In this document: in pieces, positions 21,830 through 33,944 of the stretch
How the letters are laid out: the number at the start of each line of letters is the position of its first letter
How positions within the stretch are numbered: the stretch's first letter is position 1
From: Ascoidea asiatica JCM 7603
Lineage: Eukaryota > Fungi > Ascomycota
Reading direction: 5' to 3'
Assembly (NCBI GenBank): GCA_001600695.1
Contig: BCKQ01000012.1
Location: forward strand, 27,440 to 91,439
DNA length: 64,000 nt
The notes under the pieces: generated by a model
What the model was told of the DNA's origin: nothing
The model's database searches: none
The model's input: only the letters and a program-made list of their open reading frames with translations
Program-made: the position numbers and the translations under genes

Positions 21830-24800
21830 TCAATGAGTAAGATCTTTATAGGCTGGAAGAGAACTTGAAGCCAAATGCTCAAATAAAAATTTAAATTGAC
21901 CTCCTGAAAATCCAACAGAAAACAATCTATTTGTATCCAATTCTTTGTCTCTTAAATACAAGTATCCAATAAAATAATCATAATTATCAATTAGAATTCT
22001 CATTATGATTTTTTTAACATTTAATTCACAAATATTTTTCCCTTCGTAATCATCATTTAAACCAAAGAAGAAAAAAACTATCAGATTAAGCATTTTATAT
22101 GAACATCCATTTGAATAACTTCTCAAGAAATTTAAAATAAACACCATTAAACAAAATTTCTCATCACTTAAATGATCAATGATTATATCAACAAAATAAC
22201 CAATTAAAGTTTTTATATATGATTTCATAATTATTTTAAATCTAAAACTATTAATATTTCTATTATTTATATCAATTGATTCTTCAAAAGATTTTAAAAA
22301 ATCAGTTAATTCCAAATAATCTCTTTTTTCTAATTCATTTATCATTCTTGTGACTATACCTTCTTGACTGAAAATAGAACTACCTTTATTTTGATTGAAA
22401 TAATCTTTTAAACCTTTAATAACATCATATTTACTTATTTTATCAGTAATTCCTTCATTTTCATACATTGAAGAAAGTTCATAACATAAATTAATATCTT
22501 CAATACAAACATTTTTATCATCACCACAATTATCAAATAAACCTTTTAAATAAGAAACATTTTTTTGATTATAATTTTTAGTTGTATTTTCAAAAATTTT
22601 ATCATCAGCATTTATAAGCAAAAAATCAATTGAACTTTTAATTCTCATAGGAACATTAATTAATATTTCAAATACAAATCCATTTTGAGGATTTTTTTCA
22701 ATTAAATCATGATGAGGAATCATTGGTTTAAACCAAAGTTTATTTTCTTCTTTATTTTCTTTTTTACTTTTAATTAAATTTATTGAACTTTTAGTACAAT
22801 TTATACTTTTAAATTTATCTCTTTTAAAAAAATATAAACTTGAAATTAAATAATCACTATTATCTATCATTATTTTAAGTAATAATCTTTTTAATTGATA
22901 TTCATTATTTTTTGAAAAATCAAATAAATCAAGATGACCATACATACGTGAATAAAAAATTGGATAAAAAGTTTTACTTATTGAAAAAGAATTTAAACTA
23001 CCTGTAATTGAATTAAATTTTCCGAAAAACATTATTAAATATATAAATAAATGTAAAATTTCTGTTTTTAAATGTAAACTAAGTTGAGAAATTATTTTAC
23101 TTAATAAAGATTTTATTTCAAATTTTATATCTTTATCAATTGATATATTTTTTGAATTTATATTAAATGAAGAATATAAACAATCATTATTTCTTGAAAA
23201 TCTTAATAAATTATTATAATAAATTTCATTATTTAATTCTTTTCTAATAATATTTTTTGCAAGTTTATCATTAATTAAACCATCATTAAAATGTTTAGAT
23301 AAATAAATTTTAATTAAAGAACCAATATCATAATTTGTAATTTGTTTATAATTTTCATAATCATTTTTATTATTTTCTTCTTTTATTAATTTATAAACAT
23401 TATTACTTATTAATCTCATATAATTTAAATCTTGAATTTGAAAATTATTTTCATAATTATAATCTTTTTTTGTTAATAATATTAATAAATCTCTAATATT
23501 TTCATCATCACCATTTTTTATAAAAATATTTTCAGATTTTGAAACTTTATTTTTAGATAAAAATGAAATTGATTGATAAATAATTTCAGGAATTTTTAAT
23601 TTAATTTTTATAAAATTTTTATTTTTTAAATCAGGTATATTTAAATCAATATTAAAACTTTTATTAATTAAAATTTTACCAATTTCATCTTTTGCAATAT
23701 AATTATTATTAAAATTATTTTTACCATTATTAATTTTAAATTTACTCATACATAAACCATTCAGAAAAAAAATAAAATTATCAATTAAAATTTTTATAAA
23801 TAACAATTTTATATCTTTATCATCAATTGAATTATTATTTGAATCAATTTTAAAAAAAATTGGAAAAAGTTTTTCAGATATTATATATGAAGTTGAATTT
23901 GTTTTTAAAAAAGTTTCTTTATAATTTGAGAAAAAATGAATTAAATAAAATAAAATATTTAAATTTTCTACAGGTATTAATTCAACTGAAAATAAATAAA
24001 CTAATTGAGTTAAAAGATTTTTAATAATAAAATTTATATCATTATTTAAATTTAAATTTGAATCACTTATATTTAAATTTGAAGATTTATTTAATTTAAT
24101 ATATTGAATTAATAATAAAAAATTAGAATTATTTTTAATTAAATAAGAAATTTTATTAAATAAATTTAATGGAATTATACTATATGGAATTTTAATAATA
24201 TAAAAAATTAATAAATTTAAAATTTGAAAAATTGTAAATTTTGAATTTAAATTAATTATTGAAAAATTTACATTATTTACATTATTTAAATTTTTAAAAT
24301 TTCTTAAATTTTTTTTAAAAGTTGATTTTAAATTATTAAAATTTATATTTAAATAAATATTTAAATCTGAAATATTAATATAATTAAAAGAATTTTGTTC
24401 AAAAGTAATTTTTAAAAATTCTAAATTTTTATTATCTAAATTATTAAAATTATTAAAGTTATTTGAAATATTAATTGAATTAAATGGATTTTTTAAATTT
24501 GAAAAAGATAATTTTGAATCATATAAAAAATTTATACAATTTATTATTGGTAATGGAACATATTTTAATTTTAATAAATAATTTTTTAAATTTTTTAAAT
24601 TATTTAAATTTTCAAAATTTGAATGAAATGGAATTAAAAGTGGTGGATTAATTAAAGAAATTAATTTAAAATTATTAAATTTTAAATCATTATTTATATT
24701 AATTTTTAAAATTTTTAATTTATTTGATTGAAAAAAATTTTGATTAATTAAAATTAACCAATTTAATAAAAAATCAATATTATCAATATAAATAATTAAG

Positions 24801-25630
24801 ATTAAATTTAATAAATTTGAAATATTTTTAATTTGATTATTTAATTTTATAAAATTATTAATATTAAAAATATAATTAAAGAATAAATTTGAAAGTTTAA
24901 AAGAATTTTGATTTTTATAATTTTTTTTATGAAAATTTAAAAAAGATAAAATAAATATAAATGAATTTAAATTAATTAAATTTAAATGATTTAAAAATAA
25001 ATGAATTGTAAAAATTAAGAAATTTTGAATTAAAGATTTTATAAAAATTGAAATTGAATTATTATTAATTGATAAAGAGAAATTTAAATAATTTAAATAA
25101 AATTTTGTTGATAAATTTAAAAGATTTTTATAAAATTTAGATTCATTATTTGATGATTTTAATTCATTATTTGAATCTAAGGTTAATAATAAATGATTAA
25201 TTAATTTGATTGAAATTTTTGAAGGTATAATTTTTTCAAAAGGTAAAGAAGTTAAAAAATTTAATAAATCATTAAGATCATTGTTGTTGTTGTTGGTGGT
25301 AGTGGTGTTGGTATTGTTGTTATTATCAGAGAAAGAAATTGAGATTAAATTTTTAAGAATTGAAGGAATTGATAAATTTAAAACTAATTTATAAATTTGA
25401 TTATTATTAGATTTATAAGATATTGGAATTGGGATTTGTAAAGGTAATAAATAATTTGATTTTTGTAAATTTTTTAATGGTTTACCAAATTCAGATTTAT
25501 CAATATTTGTAGATTTCATTATATTTTTTATAGTACTTATATTATCTATACTTATATTATCTATATTATCTATATTATCTATAGAAATAATAGAATTATT
25601 ATAATTATTATTATGAATTAATAAAGTCAT
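21830..25630 (-). CDS. 1266-aa protein built of four tandem divergent RhoGAP-like (Sac7/Bag7-type) domains, all lacking the arginine finger
   Basis: Four-fold recurrence of IP-x-I-I-x-x-x-I-x-FL, a D-I/V-x-x-L-x-K-x-Y-L-like helix, L-x-x-x-Y/F-L/I-I/L-x-F-F/L, and terminal I-L/M/Y-I-D-N-x-D/I-Y/F. Confidence 0.8.
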   Translation of the reverse strand: MTLLIHNNNYNNSIISIDNIDNIDNISIDNISTIKNIMKSTNIDKSEFGKPLKNLQKSNYLLPLQIPIPISYKSNNNQIYKLVLNLSIPSILKNLISISFSDNNNNTNTTTTNNNNNDLNDLLNFLTSLPFEKIIPSKISIKLINHLLLTLDSNNELKSSNNESKFYKNLLNLSTKFYLNYLNFSLSINNNSISIFIKSLIQNFLIFTIHLFLNHLNLINLNSFIFILSFLNFHKKNYKNQNSFKLSNLFFNYIFNINNFIKLNNQIKNISNLLNLILIIYIDNIDFLLNWLILINQNFFQSNKLKILKININNDLKFNNFKLISLINPPLLIPFHSNFENLNNLKNLKNYLLKLKYVPLPIINCINFLYDSKLSFSNLKNPFNSINISNNFNNFNNLDNKNLEFLKITFEQNSFNYINISDLNIYLNINFNNLKSTFKKNLRNFKNLNNVNNVNFSIINLNSKFTIFQILNLLIFYIIKIPYSIIPLNLFNKISYLIKNNSNFLLLIQYIKLNKSSNLNISDSNLNLNNDINFIIKNLLTQLVYLFSVELIPVENLNILFYLIHFFSNYKETFLKTNSTSYIISEKLFPIFFKIDSNNNSIDDKDIKLLFIKILIDNFIFFLNGLCMSKFKINNGKNNFNNNYIAKDEIGKILINKSFNIDLNIPDLKNKNFIKIKLKIPEIIYQSISFLSKNKVSKSENIFIKNGDDENIRDLLILLTKKDYNYENNFQIQDLNYMRLISNNVYKLIKEENNKNDYENYKQITNYDIGSLIKIYLSKHFNDGLINDKLAKNIIRKELNNEIYYNNLLRFSRNNDCLYSSFNINSKNISIDKDIKFEIKSLLSKIISQLSLHLKTEILHLFIYLIMFFGKFNSITGSLNSFSISKTFYPIFYSRMYGHLDLFDFSKNNEYQLKRLLLKIMIDNSDYLISSLYFFKRDKFKSINCTKSSINLIKSKKENKEENKLWFKPMIPHHDLIEKNPQNGFVFEILINVPMRIKSSIDFLLINADDKIFENTTKNYNQKNVSYLKGLFDNCGDDKNVCIEDINLCYELSSMYENEGITDKISKYDVIKGLKDYFNQNKGSSIFSQEGIVTRMINELEKRDYLELTDFLKSFEESIDINNRNINSFRFKIIMKSYIKTLIGYFVDIIIDHLSDEKFCLMVFILNFLRSYSNGCSYKMLNLIVFFFFGLNDDYEGKNICELNVKKIIMRILIDNYDYFIGYLYLRDKELDTNRLFSVGFSGGQFKFLFEHLASSSLPAYKDLTH

Positions 25631-26447
25631 AAAGTATATATAATTAAATTAAATGGAAATGGAGAATGAATTGAAGGTTAGTTGATGATTAGTTGATAAT
25701 TGATTGAATAATAGTTGATATATTGAAATAAAAAAAAAATACATTATTAAAATTGATAAGATATTAAAAATTAATTAATAAGTAATATATAATATGTAAT
25801 TGAGAATAGAAAAGTTTAGACAGAGGTAGATTATAAAAGAAATTTTAAATAATTTCAATTTTAGATTTTATTTAAATTATTTAAATTATTTAAATTGTCG
25901 ATCATTATTCAAATAGAGTAAATTATAAAGATATAATAGGATTTTGTTACTGTAGTTTTAGTAGGAGTTAAATCTTAACTAGCATAAATTATATTTAGGT
26001 TAGTACCGAGAGTATTCGATAGTATTCGATAGTATTTGAAATTATTTGAAATTATTTTAGATTATTTATAATTAATCCAACATTCATATATAAATTATAT
26101 AATTATTAATATTTATTGGGCAAAAGAGTGAACACATTTATAATACATTTATTAGGCAAGGAAGTATTTTAATACATTAATACTTAACAAGTACTAAATT
26201 TAAATATGTTTTGTAGGGGAAATAGCTTCCTATTTATAGACAATGGAATTAATGATCTTGAATGAGATCTATTATAGAATTAGATACTAATAGTAGTGTA
26301 GTAGTAGTGTAGTAGTAGTTAAGAGAGACTGTTGCAGTGGCAATGTTGTATCTCATCCAGCAGAAACAGAGGAAATAGAAGAAATGGAATCTTCCATGGA
26401 TCAGATAATTGATTAGTTGTTTAATTGATTAATTGCTTAATTGGTGG

Positions 26448-26906
26448 TTACTTGCACAAGGAGACCCAATTTAAAGAATCTGAGGCGCAGTTCAAACCAT
26501 CCTGGAGCACATTCACCTTTGCACCCCTGACACGCAGCTTGGCCACTTGCACTCCAGCCACAACACTCTCCAACTGCCTGGCACTGAGATGTTTTCTGCC
26601 ATTGGTTCCGTTGTCGATGATGCTGGTGCTGCTGCTGGTGCTGCTGTACGACGACAACGACAACGACAACGAGCCACTGAGCTCCAAGTACCGGGCTAGC
26701 GACTGCTGCATCTGCTGACAAGTCTCTGGCGACGGCAAGCCCCGGATCTCTCTGAGCCACCGATGGGGTCTGTTCTTCTTGCCACTGCCCCTCCAGCTGC
26801 TGCCACCTTCGCCACCTTCTCCACCTAAAGCACCTTCTCCACCTGAAGCACCATCCTTGCCCTTTCCTTTTGTGCCTGTGTTTATCTCCTGACTGCTATC
26901 ACCCAT
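26448..26906 (-). CDS. GC-rich orphan ORF, 152 aa, Gly/Lys-rich N-terminus
   Basis: AAC-ATG-G start context; ORF limits roughly coincide with the GC island; divergent from GMH1 with a CACGTGAC site between. Codon usage is unlike neighbours and other frames are also open. Confidence 0.4.
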   Translation of the reverse strand: MGDSSQEINTGTKGKGKDGASGGEGALGGEGGEGGSSWRGSGKKNRPHRWLREIRGLPSPETCQQMQQSLARYLELSGSLSLSLSSYSSTSSSTSIIDNGTNGRKHLSARQLESVVAGVQVAKLRVRGAKVNVLQDGLNCASDSLNWVSLCK

Positions 26907-27379
26907 GTTATCTTCCTATTACTACTCTTCTTATCACCAATTGTATTCTATTGTATTCAACTCTTCTTCTCTTCTGTCATTGAGTAATACCAACAATAAC
27001 AATAAGAACAAGAACAAGAACAAGAACCACTATCATAATAATAATATTGCTCATAATCAGAATATTCTTGATATTACCACGTGACCAATCATCTAAGCCC
27101 ATCCACAATTCTGGTTTCTATTTTGTTATTCATTGACTATTTGTTCATTAAAGCTACTTTTTAAATCTTTTATTTGTTTTTACTTAATAAATAATAAATA
27201 ATAAATATATTCTAATTCATATTATTTTACTTAATAATATTAATATATTCAATTACTTATAAATTAATCAATATTAATCAATAATATATATTAACAATCT
27301 ATATTCAATAATCAAATACATACTCAATAAGTAACTAAACTAATTCATTTCAATTCACTTCATTTCAATTCATATAACA

Positions 27380-27547
27380 ATGTCTTTTAATCCACTAGAT
27401 AATAATATAAATCATAATAATAACAATAACAATAATATAAATGATTATAGTTTTGAAACAAATAGTTTAAATAGTTTAAATAGTTTAAATTCAAAAAATT
27501 CTTCATTTTCAAATTTCATAAAACAAAAACCATTTAGATTTCAAAGA

Positions 27548-27583
<36 letters not shown>

Positions 27584-28315
27584 TCAAAATATTCATCATT
27601 TAAATTTAAAATTCCAATTTTTTTTAAAAGAATTTTAAAACCTCCAACTTTAGATTTTGATACTGCAATTTGGGAAATTTTTTATATTTTATTAAATCCA
27701 AAAAAAGTTTATAAATCTTTATATTATCATAAATTTACAAAAAATTCTTGGCATAGAGATGATCCTTCATTTATAATTTTAATTTCATTATTTTTAATTT
27801 TAAGTGCAATTGCTTGGGGTTTAACATATTTAAATTCTTTTAAAAAAATTATAAATTTAATTTTTTATATGGTTTTTATTGATTTTTTCTTAGTTGGAAT
27901 TATCATCTCAACAATATTTTGGTTTTTAATTAATAAATTTTTATATTTAAAATCTTTAAATCAATTTCAATTTCAACAACAAAAAAATGATAATTATTTA
28001 GAATGGGCTTATTGTTTTGATATTCATTCAAATTCTTTTTTAATAATTTGGTTAAATATTTATTTAATTCAATTTATTTTATTACCAATTTTAAATTTAA
28101 ATTCTTGGTTCTCAACTTTTTTATCAAATTTTTTATATTTCTTCACTTTATCTTATTATTCAATTATAACTTTTTATGGTTATAATATTTTACCATTTTT
28201 AAATAAAACTCAAATTTTATTATTTCCAATTCCAATTTATTTTTTATTATTTATAATTTTAACTTTATTTAATTTTAATATCTCAAATTATTTAATTGAT
28301 ATATACTTTAATTAA
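27380..28315 (+). CDS. GMH1: UNC-50 family Golgi membrane protein
   Basis: LDFDTAIWEI...PKKVYKSLYYHKFTKNSWHRDDPSF; LEWAYCFDIHSNSF; Y-x-x-ITFYGY-x-x-LPFL; about five TM segments. Confidence 0.95.
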
Positions 28316-31300
28316 TAATAAATTCATTAATTTTATTATCTTCATTAATTTCCATACTAAATATTGATGTAATAATCCAATTCCATTCAACAATCTTATA
28401 TTCAATATTCTCTTTCTTACAAAATTTCTTAAATCTTAAAATTATATTCCTATTATCTTCTTCATCTTTATTTTTATTACTATTATTATTATCATCATCA
28501 CTATTAATTAAATTTGGTTTAATTGTAATTAAATAACTTTTTCTATTACCAGTTTTTAAATCTTCACTATAATTAATATCTTTAATAAAATTAATTTTAT
28601 TACTTTTATTAATAATCTTACATTTATTTTCAACTCCATGTGATAATAAAATTTTATCAATAATATTAGAATTTCCTGGTAAATAATTTGTTATATTAAA
28701 TTTTAAACCTTTAAATAATAAATTTTTTTCAAAAAATCTATTTTCACATTTTTTTAATAATTCATTTATTGAAATTTTTAATTCATTTATTGAATTTTTT
28801 TCAATTTTATCAATCATATAATTTTTTGGAATTATTTTTTTTAATAAATTTAATTTTTTTATTTCTTTTTCTTCTTCTTTATTCTTATCATTATCATTTT
28901 TAAGAATTTTTAAAATATCTTCAATAAATTTTGGATGTAATATAAATTTTGGTCCTTTACTTAATCCAACTAAAAATTTTTCTGTTCTCATAATTCTTGG
29001 AGATATAATTGTATTTAATTTCAATTTATTTGATTTTTTATCATGAATAATTCCAATACTTTCTAATAATTTTTGATCTTGTCTATTAATATCTGGAAAT
29101 CCAGTTGCAATATAAATAATATTAAATATTAATTTATTTTTTTCTTCTTCACTCATTTCTTTATTTTTTGAAATTTTTTTATTATTACTTTTATTATTAT
29201 CTAATTTTTCTTTTTTTGGAACTTTTAACATTTTTATTCGAATTTTTAAAGGTTCTGGAGTATTTGTTTTTCGTTTTTTTGTTATAAAATCTTGACTATT
29301 TTCTAAATCTTCATTTTTATTTATCTCAGTTGCAATTTGATTTTCTTCAATTGTATTATTAATTTTATTATTATCAATAATTTTTAATTCTTTATCTACT
29401 TTATTATTATCTTTATTATCAGTGTTTTCAATAGGATCATCAATAGGATCATCAATATCAATATCATCACTTTCATCATTTTCAGTATCACTTGAATTAT
29501 CTTCATGAATTTTTTCATCTTTATTTAATAATCTTTTTTTATTTAATTTTAATTTTTTTTGATCTCTTTTAAATTTTTCTTGTATTACTTCACTTGGAAG
29601 TTTTGGAATTTCTTTATATCTATGTTGTTTTTCAAAAATATTTAATTCTTCTATATCAGAATGAAGTTTTTGAACAGCTTTCATTTTTGCTTTTCTACCA
29701 CCTCCACTTGATAAAATTGTTCTTGAATTATTTAAAATATTTTTTTTCTTAAAATTTATTGGAGTTGTAATTAAATCTTCTTTTAATTTTTTAATAGTTG
29801 GTAATGGTATTTTATTTAAATTTTTATCTTCTTGAGATAAATTTGAATTTTGTGATAATAAATTTAATTTAGCATTATTATTATTATTATTATTGTTAAT
29901 ATTATTATTATTGTTAACATTAAATGGATTTTTATTTTCTTTATCTTTATCATTTGAATTAATAAATTCTTTTGTAAATTCAGAATCTGGATCATAAAAT
30001 TTTTTTAAAACATATCTATTTAAATTTCTTGGTTTTATATTAATATATTCATTTTTTGAAATTGAATTATATTTTTTATCATTTGGATCCATTAATTCCC
30101 AATTACTATAACAATCTTCTAACCAATAATGATTAACAATTTTTGGTAAATTTTTATTATTTATATAACTTTTATCTTTTAACCAATTTTGAATTGCATT
30201 ATATTTTAAACCACTTGCTCTTGGACAAATTAAATAATCATCAGTTGGTTTTAAAGATTTTGAAAAAATTCCACCAATTGCATTAATTAATTTTTCTAAA
30301 TATAATCTTGAATCACCATAATAATTTGTGATTGTAAAAATTTTACCTTTTAAATTTGAAATTGAAGAAATTGGAGTTAATAAAGATGGATAAATTGGTA
30401 TTGGATAATAGAGTAAACTAAGATATGGAGAAAAAATTAATTTTTTTTTATAAATATTTAAAAACCAATCCATTGTTCCAACCATAATATTAATATTTTT
30501 ACAAGCATTAATATAATTATTACCATCACGATAAGAACCAATATAAATATTTAAATTTTGATTTGAAAAATCAGAAGTTAAATTACCACCACTATTTTCA
30601 ATTAATCTTTTTAAAAAAATTATCATTCTTGAACTTAAATTTAAATCATTTGATAAATAAATTGTTTTACCAGTAAGAAATTGATTATCTTTATTTAAAG
30701 ATGAAGAAATTTGATTATTATTTGAAATAGCATTATATAAACCTAATTCATATTCATCAGCATTATCATGATCTTCATTGTCATTTTCATTTTCATTTTC
30801 ATTTTCATTGACATTGTTAATTGAATGAGAATTATTATAAGATTGAATGAAATTATTTAAAGCTTTTGGATTATTTAAATTATAATCATTTTCATTTTGT
30901 AAAGATCTATTTATTAAAGTATCTTCAATCCATTGAGGTAAAACTATTGAAGTATTAATTTTTTTACTTTTTAAAACATTTTCACAAGTTATTATTAAAA
31001 TATCAGATTTATAAAAACCAATTAAATGAGTTGTAAATTTTGTTAAAATTGAATAATACATTCCACCAAAAGTAGTTATAATTTTTTTTAAAAATAATTT
31101 ATCATTATCAGGTATATCTGCAATTGTTATTGCTAAACCACTAAAAAAATTTGAAGTTATTAGATTAAATTTATTTGGATAATATAAACAAAATGGTAAA
31201 ACTCTACCTCTTGTTAAAGAATCATAAACCCAATCTGATTTTATTATTGGAATTAAATAATCAGAACATTTATCAAATTCAGGAAATTCAACAGTTTGTG

Positions 31301-31526
31301 TAATAATATGAGTTGTATTTGATATTATTTTATTTATTGACATTATATCATCAGTAATATATTTTATATTAATATTATTTGCACCATTTTTTTGTAAATT
31401 TGTAGATAAATCTATAACTTCTTGAATATCTAATAAATCAGATTCAATTATTAAAAAATCAAGAGATGAAAATACTTGATTTTTACTTATAGTATTATTT
31501 GCTATTAATTGATCTCTATATTCTTG

Positions 31527-31566
<40 letters not shown>

Positions 31567-31583
31567 TGAGATTTGGTATTCAT
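28308..31583 (-). CDS. RTT107: Multi-BRCT DNA-damage scaffold (Rtt107/Esc4/Brc1)
   Basis: BRCT signatures THII...WVYDS, GGMY...THLI...WIEDT, ITNYYGDSRLYLEKLINAIGG, VNHYWLEDCY; RKAKMKAVQKLHSDI linker; C-terminal pair with RTEKFL and VEWNWI. Confidence 0.9.
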
Positions 31584-31818
31584 TATTGATTGAAATAAGA
31601 TGAAATGAATTCAAATTCATTATTGTCAAAGTAGGATATTAAAAGAATGATTTCTTATGGAATCTGAAATCAATAAATAGTTTAATTCAATGAATTTTCT
31701 TTCAACTTATCAGCATATCAGAAACAAAAGTAATCAAATCAACAAAAAGTATAAAAAAATAAAGCATTAAAAATCATTAAAAATCATTAAAAATCATTGA
31801 AAATTCGAAATTCATTTT

Positions 31819-31839
31819 TTTTCGCGTCTGTCGCGAAAA
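31819..31839. promoter_or_regulatory. Inverted pair of CGCGAAA (SCB/MCB-like G1/S) elements upstream of RTT107
   Basis: ttttcgcgtctgtcgcgaaaa; CGCG is very rare in this AT-rich window. Confidence 0.6.
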
Positions 31840-31898
31840 TCAAAAATTAATTCTGCTTTTTTTTTCAGAACCAGCGGTGTGGATCTGCTAGGGGCACC

Positions 31899-31910
31899 TG
31901 AAAAAGTTTT
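31899..31910 (+). promoter_or_regulatory. RRPE-like element upstream of KRR1
   Basis: tgaaaaagtttt ~150 bp before the ATG of a ribosome-biogenesis gene. Confidence 0.45.
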
Positions 31911-32053
31911 TTTTTTTTGTGAATTTCAAAAATAAATTCTTTGTTGCTGATGAAGAAGATTGATATAATATATTAGTTCTATTATATTAGTTCTATTATA
32001 TTAGTTCTATTATATTATATTATATAGGAAGTATTATAATAATAACAGTAATA

Positions 32054-33274
32054 ATGGTGTCAACTCATAATAAACCAAAACCTTGGGATACAGGAGATAT
32101 AGATAAATGGAATATTGAAGAATTTACACCAGAACAAAGTTCAGGACCATTCTTAGAAGTTTCTTCATTTACTATTTTTTTTCCAAGTTATCGTTCAAAT
32201 TATTTAAGACAAATATGGGGAGAATTAACAAGAATTTTAAAAAATAAATTTATAGATTGTGAATTAAATTTAATTGAAGGTTCTATGACTGTTAAAACAA
32301 CTTTAAAAACTTTTGATCCAGCAATAATTTTAAAATCAAGAGATTTAATAAAATTATTATCTAGATCTGTACCATTTCCACAAGCTATAAAAATTTTACA
32401 AGATGATATTGCTTGTGATGTTATAAAAATTAATTCATTTGTTTCAAATAAAGAAAGATTTATTAAAAGAAGACAAAGATTAGTTGGACCTTCTGGAAAT
32501 ACATTAAAAGCTTTAGAATTACTTACTGGATGTTATATGCTTGTTCAAGGTAATACAGTTAGTTGTATGGGATCTTTTAAAGGTCTTAAAACTTTAAGAA
32601 GAATTATTGAAGATTGTATGATAAATATACATCCAATTTATCATATTAAAGAATTAATGATTAAAAAAGAATTAGAAAAAAGACCAGAATTAAAAGAAGA
32701 AAATTGGGAAAGATTTTTACCAAATTTTAAAAAGAAAAATATTTCAAGAAAAAAACCAATGAAAAATAAATTAAAACCAAAAGATAAAATAACTTTATTT
32801 CCAGTTGCTCAAACTCCAAGAAAAATTGATCTTGAAATTGAAAGTGGTGAATATTTTTTAAAACCAAGAGAGAAAAAAATTAAAAAATTATTAGAAATTA
32901 AAGAAAAACAAGAAAAAATTAAAGAAGAAAATCAAAAAAAAAGAGAATTAGATTATATTGCTCCAAAAGAAGATGATTATTTACCTGGTAAAAAAAGAAA
33001 AAGAGATGATGATGATGTGATATTAAATGAATTAAAGATAGAAAACGAAGAAACAAAAGAACATGATGATGATGATGATGATGATGAAAAGAAAGAGAAA
33101 AAGATTAAGAAAGATAAGAAAGATAAGAAAGAGAAAAAGGATAAAAAAGATAAGAAAGACAAAAAAGAGAAAAAGGATAAGAAAGAAAAGAAACATAAAA
33201 AAGATAAAAGTAAAGATAAAAGTAAGAATATTGATGAAGATGAAGATATAGAATTGAATTTAGATTCGGATTAG
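32054..33274 (+). CDS. KRR1: KRR1 small-subunit processome KH-domain protein
   Basis: [13 protein letters not shown]-x-DIDKW; EGSMTVKTT; [16 protein letters not shown]; RRQRLVGP; [13 protein letters not shown]; KKD-repeat tail. Confidence 0.99.
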   Translation: MVSTHNKPKPWDTGDIDKWNIEEFTPEQSSGPFLEVSSFTIFFPSYRSNYLRQIWGELTRILKNKFIDCELNLIEGSMTVKTTLKTFDPAIILKSRDLIKLLSRSVPFPQAIKILQDDIACDVIKINSFVSNKERFIKRRQRLVGPSGNTLKALELLTGCYMLVQGNTVSCMGSFKGLKTLRRIIEDCMINIHPIYHIKELMIKKELEKRPELKEENWERFLPNFKKKNISRKKPMKNKLKPKDKITLFPVAQTPRKIDLEIESGEYFLKPREKKIKKLLEIKEKQEKIKEENQKKRELDYIAPKEDDYLPGKKRKRDDDDVILNELKIENEETKEHDDDDDDDEKKEKKIKKDKKDKKEKKDKKDKKDKKEKKDKKEKKHKKDKSKDKSKNIDEDEDIELNLDSD

Positions 33275-33366
33275 TAGTTTATTCATTATATATATTTTTG
33301 TTTACAATACAAGTTATATTTCATATTAGTTATTTAAATACTTTTTATATATAAAGATCAAATGTA

Positions 33367-33403
<37 letters not shown>

Positions 33404-33413
33404 ATTAAAGAAA

Positions 33414-33944
33414 TTAAGCAGATTTATCAGATCTTGCAGCGTATAAATAACTATCTTTATCATCTCTTGAACCTAAATCTTTTGCTAAACCATCATATGG
33501 ATAATTTCTTGGCATTGCAGGTTTTTCTTCATAAAATAAAGTAACTAAAGTTGCAGAAATTAGAATTAATGAAGAAAAAAATATTATATTCCATTTAATT
33601 GCAGTTGAATTTGAATCAACTGTAAAAACATCTGGTGACCACATATTTTGCATATCATCATTTTCATTTAATAATTGATCAAAATTTCTACGATTTTGTT
33701 GATCATCATATTTTAAATATGGATCTCTATTAAAATATAAATCTGCTGGTACATCTGGATAATTACCTAATAATGGATCTGGATTTGGTTTTAAATCTTT
33801 TAATGAAGAACTTGATGTTGATGATGATGAGAATCTTAAATTAATATTTCTTTGTGATAATAAATATTTTGAAGAATTTTGAAGTGGTATTCTTGTAATT
33901 GTAGGAATTCTTGTAATTGAAGTTCTAAAACCATTGGAGAACAT
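33414..33944 (-). CDS. NDUFB8: Mitochondrial complex I accessory subunit NDUFB8 (ASHI/NIAM)
   Basis: Arg/Ser presequence; DPLLGNYP...RDPYLKYDDQQNRRNF...MWSPD; one TM; PAMPRNYPYDGL-x-x-DLG. Confidence 0.92.
   Translation of the reverse strand: MFSNGFRTSITRIPTITRIPLQNSSKYLLSQRNINLRFSSSSTSSSSLKDLKPNPDPLLGNYPDVPADLYFNRDPYLKYDDQQNRRNFDQLLNENDDMQNMWSPDVFTVDSNSTAIKWNIIFFSSLILISATLVTLFYEEKPAMPRNYPYDGLAKDLGSRDDKDSYLYAARSDKSA

Noticed and set aside
25979-26005. TACTAAC branchpoint plus TAG on the minus strand upstream of the RhoGAP-like gene
   Set aside because: No consensus donor upstream; splicing from the GC ORF would hit an immediate stop; the heptamer is expected by chance many times in such AT-rich DNA.
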